DNA of 64,000 nt, from NCBI GenBank assembly GCA_949294455.1, contig CASFHD010000001.1:76215-140214 (forward strand), in the 5' to 3' direction. The stretch comes from an uncultured Christensenella sp. Its GTDB lineage: Bacteria > Bacillota > Clostridia > Christensenellales > UBA1242. Positions 50,574 through 56,316 of the stretch are shown here, piece by piece. The position numbers and the translations under genes were made by a program. Within the stretch, counting starts at the first letter, position 1. Each line of letters opens with the position of its first letter. Below the pieces are notes generated by a model. It worked only from the letters and a program-made list of their open reading frames with translations. It made no database searches and was not told the DNA's origin.

Positions 50574-51554
50574 ATGAATTGGAATGCTATTTGGCAAGAT
50601 ATTGTGAATTTTTTTTCAAATAATATTTGGAATATTTGCCTGTTTTTTGTCGTTTTAATATTTGGCTCACTTGCAATAAAGATATTATTAAATATCATTA
50701 AAAAAGTACTAGGAAAAACAAAAATGGAGCGTATAGCTCAAAGCTTTTTAGTGACTTCATTAAAATTTGTATTATGGCTAGTATTGATTTTATCTTTGTT
50801 AAGCATAATCGGTATTGAAATTTCAGGAGTCTTAACTGCTATAAGTGCTTTAATTCTAGCTATAGGTATTGCGCTTGAAAGTAATATGGCTAACCTTGCT
50901 AATGGCATAATAATAGTCTCAAATCATATGTTTAAAAAAGGAGATTATATAATTGTTGATGGTGTTGAGGGTTGTATTACTGATATAAATTTTTTATTCA
51001 CCACTTTGCAAACTACAGATAATAAAAGAATAACTATACCGAACTCAGATATAGTAAACTCACCTGTAATTAATTTAGGTGCAAATGAAAAAAGAAGGGT
51101 AGAATTTACTTTTTCTGTAGCTTATGAAAGCGATATTGAACTTGTTAAAAACGTTGTTGTGAATGTTATGAAAAGCAATGGTAAAGTATATCTTGACCCC
51201 GCACCTTTTTGTCGATTAAAAATTATGAATACTTCAAGTCTAGACTTTTTCGCTAATTGTTGGTGTGATAATGAAGACTATTGGGACGTCTATTATTATA
51301 TAATAGAATGGGTGTATAATGAATTCAAAAGACATAATATATCTGTTCCATTCAATCAACTTGAAGTTCGAAATCGAATTGATAAGCCTAAAAATATAAT
51401 TATAGGAAAATCGTTGCCAGAGCGTGTAGAAAAAGAAAGAAAAGAAGTTCACTCTCATTTTACACTTGTTCCATTACTGCACGAATACAACAAAAAGAAT
51501 AAAGAAAAAATTAAAAAAGATGTAAAAATAAACAAACAAACAAACAAAAAATAA
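50574..51554 (+). CDS. Mechanosensitive ion channel family protein (MscS-like)
   Basis: Three N-terminal TM segments. MscS beta-domain motif FKKGDYIIVDGVEGCITDINFLFTTLQTTDNKRITIPNSDIVNSPVINL. Confidence 0.85.
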   Translation: MNWNAIWQDIVNFFSNNIWNICLFFVVLIFGSLAIKILLNIIKKVLGKTKMERIAQSFLVTSLKFVLWLVLILSLLSIIGIEISGVLTAISALILAIGIALESNMANLANGIIIVSNHMFKKGDYIIVDGVEGCITDINFLFTTLQTTDNKRITIPNSDIVNSPVINLGANEKRRVEFTFSVAYESDIELVKNVVVNVMKSNGKVYLDPAPFCRLKIMNTSSLDFFANCWCDNEDYWDVYYYIIEWVYNEFKRHNISVPFNQLEVRNRIDKPKNIIIGKSLPERVEKERKEVHSHFTLVPLLHEYNKKNKEKIKKDVKINKQTNKK

Positions 51555-51615
51555 TAACAAACAGAAAAACGTAAAAATAAACAAACAAATAAAAAATAAT
51601 AACAAACAGAAAAAT
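51522..51615. repeat. Two tandem A-rich units (49 + 45 bp) spanning the mscS-like stop codon
   Basis: GTAAAAATAAACAAACAAACAAACAAAAAATAATAACAAACAGAAAAAC is followed by a copy lacking 4 nt. Confidence 0.8.
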
Positions 51616-52020
51616 ACTAAAAATAAATCAACTAAAAACAATTAAGTATAATTGTTGTAATACAAATTAAATGTATTATAATAAATAAAGTTTATTAATG
51701 CTGTTGTTAGCTTTAACAGAGAACTTAAGCTTTCTTAATTTAAAGTTATTAAGTATAAAATTATTATTTTTTTGCTGACCAAATGTAAAAAATTAAAACA
51801 AATTTAATTTTTTTTAATATTAACAATGCTTGTATGCTAAAACTATTAGTTAACAAATAGATTAGATATACTCAATAGATATATTTATAATAACTGAAGA
51901 TAAAAACGAAAATTTATTAAACAGTTTTGAGATATAATGACATTTAATCATATTTTTAAATAAAAAACATCTTCACTCATTTTTATTTACTTTTAACTTT
52001 AAGTTTGTTATCATATTTTT

Positions 52021-52449
52021 ATGAATGAATGCAGTTATAAATATGAATTAGACGATAATTTAAAAGCTACCAAATATCTACTAAAAATTAAAAACAAACA
52101 GAAAAATAACATTGTGACTGTCTTTTTAATTTTTATAACTATTTTTGGCATTATGGTATCGGTTGGTGCTTTTATAAACCACAATAATAATTGGTCTGTT
52201 GGAATAGCGAGTATTTTTTTAATAGTAGGTTATTTTTTGGTAGATGTAGTTATAATGAGAATAGATTTAAACAAACAAAGAAAATTCTTTTTATCATCTC
52301 AATTAAATAAAGTTTCTAGAGTAAAAGTTTGCTACGAAAACGACCTCATTACTGAAACATTTATGATAAAAGAAAATATTTTAGGCATCAATAAGTATAG
52401 CGTAAACGATTTAACTAATATAAAAATTTTGACACCAATTAGGGGCTAA
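52021..52449 (+). CDS. Hypothetical two-TM protein (possibly YcxB-like), C-terminus possibly truncated
   Basis: 142-aa ORF. The stop lies between two copies of a 13-bp direct repeat. Confidence 0.5.
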   Translation: MNECSYKYELDDNLKATKYLLKIKNKQKNNIVTVFLIFITIFGIMVSVGAFINHNNNWSVGIASIFLIVGYFLVDVVIMRIDLNKQRKFFLSSQLNKVSRVKVCYENDLITETFMIKENILGINKYSVNDLTNIKILTPIRG

Positions 52450-52504
52450 TTTGACACCAATTGTAAATTTTAGCATTATCAAAAATAAAATTTTAAAAAA
52501 GAAA

Positions 52505-52546
52505 AAATCGCTAAATTCCTTTATTTATAAGGCTTTTAGCGATTTT
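52505..52546 (-). terminator. Rho-independent terminator immediately 3' of the tRNA fragment
   Basis: AAAATCGCTAAA (52505..52516) pairs with TTTAGCGATTTT (52535..52546). On the minus strand the stem is followed by TTTTTTC. Confidence 0.65.
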
Positions 52547-52552
52547 GTTTTA

Positions 52553-52597
52553 TGGAGCTAATGACGGGACTTGAACCCGTGACCTCCGCCTTACCAA
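52553..52597 (-). pseudogene. 45-nt 3' fragment of a tRNA-Thr(GGU) gene, anticodon loop to CCA (candidate att repeat)
   Basis: Minus strand reads TTGGTAA-GGCGG-AGGTC-ACGGG-TTCAAGT-CCCGT-CATTAGC-T-CCA. The D-arm, the 5' acceptor strand and the 5' anticodon-stem strand are absent upstream. Confidence 0.75.
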
Positions 52598-52859
52598 TTT
52601 GTCCAGCACAAAAATTGGATTTTGCTCTGCCCACTAAAACCCTTTAAAACACTAGCAAATAAGCTGGTGTTTTTTCTTTTGATGTCAAAATGTCAATTCC
52701 TTGACGCCATTTGACAATTATGCTTAATTTATCCAATGACACTATCTACCTAAGTCGATTTTGTATTGTCTAAAACTATGTGAATTTGTTTAAGTTTTTA
52801 TAATTTAAAATCATTATTTTGATATAATCTTTTACAAAAAAAGACAAAGTTTCGAAACT

Positions 52860-52913
52860 TTCCCCCGAAAAATCTCCATTTTCTAAAAATATTCCCCCGA
52901 AAAATCTCCATTT
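52860..52913 (+). promoter_or_regulatory. Two perfect 22-bp direct repeats (32-bp period) abutting the ATPase promoter
   Basis: TTCCCCCGAAAAATCTCCATTT occurs at 52860..52881 and 52892..52913. Confidence 0.6.
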
Positions 52914-52916
52914 AAA

Positions 52917-52944
52917 TTGACTTTTGTAATTTCAATGATATAAA
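52917..52944 (+). promoter_or_regulatory. Sigma-A-type promoter of the AAA ATPase gene
   Basis: TTGACT (52917..52922), a 16-nt spacer, then TGATATAAA (extended -10, TATAAA at 52939..52944). AGGAG RBS at about 52958. Confidence 0.5.
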
Positions 52945-52968
52945 ATATTAAAAAATAAGGAGAGAAAT

Positions 52969-54264
52969 ATGTTAAAAAGAGAAATTGAAACCAAGCTTAT
53001 AGAATGGAAAAATAAAACTGATAAAAAATGTTTGATAATTAGTGGAGCAAGGCAAGTTGGGAAAACATATATAGTTGAAAAATTTGCAAAAGATAATTAT
53101 GAGCATTTTGTAGAAATAAATTTTGTTGAAAATCCAACTGCAAAAAAGATATTTGATGGTGATTTGGATATTACAACAATTCTTGCAAATATTTCTCTTT
53201 ATTTACCAGAGCAATCAAATTTAATACCAAATAAAACTTTAATATTTTTTGATGAGATACAAGCTTGTCCAAATGCAAGAACTGCATTGAAATTTTTTGC
53301 AATAGATAAAAGATTTGATGTTATTGCTTCTGGATCACTTTTAGGTATTAACTATGAAAAGGTTTCTTCATATCCAACAGGTTATGTTGAATTTTTAGAA
53401 ATGAATCCACTTTCATTTAAAGAATTTCTTTGGGCAAATGGAATTGATGAAAATGTTGTTTCAATAATAAAAAGTTGTTTTGAAAATAAAAGTGTTGTAA
53501 ATAAAGCAATGAACTTAAAATTGTTAGAATATTTTAAGCAATATATTGTTGTTGGGGGAATGCCTAATGTTGTTAACACATTTGTTAATAATCATAATTT
53601 TGAAGAAGTTTTAAATTTACAAAAAAACATTTTAATTGATTATAAAAATGACATAGCAAAGTATGCTTATTCAACAGAAAAGGTAAAAGCAAAAGCTTGT
53701 TTTGAAAGCATACCAGCTCAACTAGCAAAAGAAAACAAAAAATTTATGTATAGTACATTTGATAAAAATGGGAAAAGTCAAAAGTATTCAGGTAGTATAA
53801 ATTGGTTAATAGATGCAGGAATTGTTAACATTTGCAATAATGTAACGTCTCTTGATTTGCCGTTAATAGCATACAGAGAAGAAAATTACTTTAAACTTTA
53901 TATGGCAGATACTGGACTTCTTGTTGCTATGTTAGATGACGGAACAAATGCTCAAATAATGGAAGGAAATCTTGGAATTTATAAAGGGGCAATATTTGAA
54001 AATATTATTGCTCAAATATTACATACAAATGGAAATAAATTATATTTTTATAATAGGAATAATACATTAGAAATAGACTTTGTTTTATCAAAAAATGCAA
54101 AAATTACACCAATTGAAGTAAAAGCCAATAACAATAAAGCGAAATCATTATCAACCATTTTAAAAACAAATCCAGATATGAAAGGAATTAAATTAGTAAA
54201 TGGAAATGTAGGGGAAGTTGACAATATGTTGACCTTACCATTATATATGGCAATGTTTTTGTAA
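52969..54264 (+). CDS. AAA-family ATPase (AAA_14 + DUF4143 architecture)
   Basis: Walker A ISGARQVGKTY and Walker B LIFFDEIQ. The C-terminal segment IEVKANNNKA is typical of the DUF4143 restriction-endonuclease-like fold. Confidence 0.85.
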   Translation: MLKREIETKLIEWKNKTDKKCLIISGARQVGKTYIVEKFAKDNYEHFVEINFVENPTAKKIFDGDLDITTILANISLYLPEQSNLIPNKTLIFFDEIQACPNARTALKFFAIDKRFDVIASGSLLGINYEKVSSYPTGYVEFLEMNPLSFKEFLWANGIDENVVSIIKSCFENKSVVNKAMNLKLLEYFKQYIVVGGMPNVVNTFVNNHNFEEVLNLQKNILIDYKNDIAKYAYSTEKVKAKACFESIPAQLAKENKKFMYSTFDKNGKSQKYSGSINWLIDAGIVNICNNVTSLDLPLIAYREENYFKLYMADTGLLVAMLDDGTNAQIMEGNLGIYKGAIFENIIAQILHTNGNKLYFYNRNNTLEIDFVLSKNAKITPIEVKANNNKAKSLSTILKTNPDMKGIKLVNGNVGEVDNMLTLPLYMAMFL

Positions 54265-54279
54265 TGATAAAAAGAAAAA

Positions 54280-54307
54280 GACAATGAAAATAATCATTGC
54301 CTTTTTA
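54280..54307. terminator. Bidirectional hairpin between the convergent ATPase and XRE genes
   Basis: GACAATGA-AAATAA-TCATTGCC (one mismatch) followed by TTTTT. Confidence 0.4.
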
Positions 54308-54310
54308 TAT

Positions 54311-54553
54311 TTAATAAAAATTTAGATTTTCGAGCTTAAAAACATCATCGTCAAAAAATTCTTCTAGTGTCATATTAAAAGCACTTGCAACTTTGCAGAT
54401 GGTTGAAAATTTTACATCGGTATTTACTTCATTAAAAATGTATCTAAGTGCAGAGTGTGTTAAACCACTCTCTTTTTCTAATTTATATTTTGACATATTG
54501 TTTTTGATTAATAAATTGCTTATTCTCAAAGCAAAAGCTTTATTTAGTGTCAT
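54311..54553 (-). CDS. XRE-family HTH regulator (80 aa)
   Basis: HTH_3 pattern NNMSKYKLEKESGLTHSALRYIFNE and a MTLEEFF tail. Confidence 0.75.
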   Translation of the reverse strand: MTLNKAFALRISNLLIKNNMSKYKLEKESGLTHSALRYIFNEVNTDVKFSTICKVASAFNMTLEEFFDDDVFKLENLNFY

Positions 54554-54570
54554 AATATTAACTCCTTTAC

Positions 54571-54810
54571 TCAGTAAACATCTTCTGAACCGTTAAAATA
54601 ATCTCGTGCAAAAAATTCTGCAAGTGTGATATTTGCACCTAAACAAATTTTCTTAATTGTAATAACTTTGGGGCATTTGCTTTTACCTGACATAAAATCA
54701 AAAATAGTTGATGGTGTTAAATTTGAATTTAAACATAATGCAGTTAAAGTTGTTTTGTTTATTTCTACTATCTCATTTATTCTTTTTCTAATTGCTTCAT
54801 CAATATTCAT
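54571..54810 (-). CDS. XRE-family HTH regulator (79 aa), paralogue of the downstream gene
   Basis: HTH pattern LTALCLNSNLTPSTIFDFMSG and an ITLAEFF tail. Divergent from the DUF1273 gene. Confidence 0.75.
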   Translation of the reverse strand: MNIDEAIRKRINEIVEINKTTLTALCLNSNLTPSTIFDFMSGKSKCPKVITIKKICLGANITLAEFFARDYFNGSEDVY

Positions 54811-54822
54811 AATTACTATACT

Positions 54823-54939
54823 ACGTAACGATATTCCGTAATTATTTTACTTTTTTGAGCATATTTAGTCTTACGGAGTTTCGTAATAATGTTTGCCATA
54901 AATATGAAATTTTATTATAATATTGACGGAGTTTCGTAA
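54823..54939. promoter_or_regulatory. Three related operator-like sites (TTACGGA-N3-TCGTAA) in the divergent XRE/DUF1273 intergenic region
   Basis: ACGGAGTTTCGTAA occurs at 54873..54886 and 54926..54939 (perfect direct repeat). An inverted, degenerate copy (TTACGGAATATCGTTACG on the minus strand) lies at 54823..54840. Confidence 0.55.
54893..54921 (+). promoter_or_regulatory. Sigma-A-type promoter of the DUF1273 / T5orf172 / (hsdR) transcription unit
   Basis: TTGCCA (54893..54898), a 17-nt spacer, then TATAAT (54916..54921). Operator copy 2 overlaps the predicted start site. Confidence 0.5.
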
Positions 54940-54941
54940 AT

Positions 54942-55496
54942 ATGCAAAATAAGGTTTGTTGTTTTATTGGTCATAGAAAAATTGACTTAACAAAAGAATT
55001 AGAAGAAAAAACTAGAAATATCATTGAAGACATGATTATCAATAAAGAAGTCAAAACATTTTTGTTTGGTAGTAAAAGCGAATTTGATAGCCTTTGCCAT
55101 AAAATAGTAACTGATTTAAAAGATAAGTATCCATATATTAAACGAGTAGTATACACTTGTAAAAGTGAAGGGTGCACACTTGAAAGTGAAAGAAAAAAAT
55201 GGGAACAAATTTATTTTAACTTATATAAAGAAAAAATTGATTTACTTTGTGTTGATGAAGAATTTGAACATAAAACAAAATACACATCAGGTAAAGCGAG
55301 TTATGTAGAAAGAAATCAAGCAATGATAGATAATAGTGACTATTGCATTTTTTACTATAACGAGAACTATAAACCGCAGCCCCGAAAACAATCAAAACGA
55401 GACATTACTTATTATCAGCCAAAATCAGGCACATCTCTTGCCTATAAATATGCTCAAAAAAAGAAAAAGGAAATAATCAACATTTTTGTTTTATAA
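54942..55496 (+). CDS. SLOG-superfamily DUF1273 (YpsA/YoqJ-like) protein
   Basis: N-terminus VCCFIGHRKI, FGSKSEFDSLCHKIV, VERNQAMIDNSDYCIFYY and SGTSLAYKYA follow the DUF1273 pattern. Confidence 0.75.
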   Translation: MQNKVCCFIGHRKIDLTKELEEKTRNIIEDMIINKEVKTFLFGSKSEFDSLCHKIVTDLKDKYPYIKRVVYTCKSEGCTLESERKKWEQIYFNLYKEKIDLLCVDEEFEHKTKYTSGKASYVERNQAMIDNSDYCIFYYNENYKPQPRKQSKRDITYYQPKSGTSLAYKYAQKKKKEIINIFVL

Positions 55497-55583
55497 TTTT
55501 ATACAAAAATAAAAAATATATGCTATAATGAAATTAATTAACTTCCAATAATAAGAAATTATGGGAACATTAAGGAGTTTTTT

Positions 55584-56270
55584 ATGTCCAGAGGTATAAT
55601 TTATGTTTGCTCTACAGCTGTTGAAGGTTTAATTAAAATTGGTAGAACTAATGATTTTCAAAAAAGGATGAAACTTTTAGAAGATAATGGATATAGAAAT
55701 GTTACTGGTTTAAAAAGACAATTCGCTATTGAAGTAGATAATCATGAGGAAATAGAACAACTTTTAGATGATTTATTTGCCAAAAGCAGAGTGGGGAACA
55801 CGGAATTATTTTCGTTAGATTTAAACAAAATAATTCAATTATTATCATCTTTTGCTGGCAAACAAGTTTATCCAACAAATGAAACGAAGCAAGAAGTATT
55901 TAGCAATGCAACAGAAATAATACATATCAAAATGGTACCTGATGGAGAATATTTTTTATCTAGAAAGATTAAAGAAATAAATCAAACAGTAAAAGCAGAA
56001 ATGTTTGTTGAAAATGGAAAATTTATTCTTAAAAAAGGTTCAACTATTGCGCCATATAAAGAATATAAAAATCCATCTTGGATAGCAGTGAGAAAAGATA
56101 TGAAGTTAGACCATAATGGTGGTTTATTGAATGATGTTGAATGTTCTTCTCCATCAATGGCGGCAGCTTTGGTTGTAGGGCAATCTGCAAATGGTTGGAC
56201 AAGTTGGAAAAATGCAAACAATCAGTTAATTGATATATATCGTCAAAACGATATTAATGAGGATTTATAA
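55584..56270 (+). CDS. T5orf172 (GIY-YIG-like) domain protein with a C-terminal DUF4357-like domain
   Basis: N-terminus GIIYVCSTAVEGLIKIGRTNDFQKRMKLL ... NTELFSLD. C-terminus SPSMAAALVVGQSANGWTSWKN. AGGAG RBS. Ends 46 nt upstream of hsdR. Confidence 0.7.
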   Translation: MSRGIIYVCSTAVEGLIKIGRTNDFQKRMKLLEDNGYRNVTGLKRQFAIEVDNHEEIEQLLDDLFAKSRVGNTELFSLDLNKIIQLLSSFAGKQVYPTNETKQEVFSNATEIIHIKMVPDGEYFLSRKIKEINQTVKAEMFVENGKFILKKGSTIAPYKEYKNPSWIAVRKDMKLDHNGGLLNDVECSSPSMAAALVVGQSANGWTSWKNANNQLIDIYRQNDINEDL

Positions 56271-56316
56271 ATTAAAAATCCTTAATTTAAAACATTAAAG
56301 ATTTAGGGAGTTTGAT

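Noticed and set aside
52553-52680. Complete tRNA or tmRNA gene
   Set aside because: Only the anticodon loop to the CCA end can be folded. The upstream minus-strand sequence (…GTGCTGGACAAA) cannot pair with GGCGG or CATTAGC. There is no D-arm, no tmRNA-like tag reading frame and no pseudoknot region.
54888-54939. 16-codon leader ORF (MFAINMKFYYNIDGVS) with its own GGAG, ending 2 nt before the DUF1273 ATG
   Set aside because: It arises because operator copy 1 duplicates the RBS-containing copy 2. The best promoter (54893..54921) lies inside it, so it would probably not be on the mRNA. It cannot be distinguished from chance without 5'-end data.
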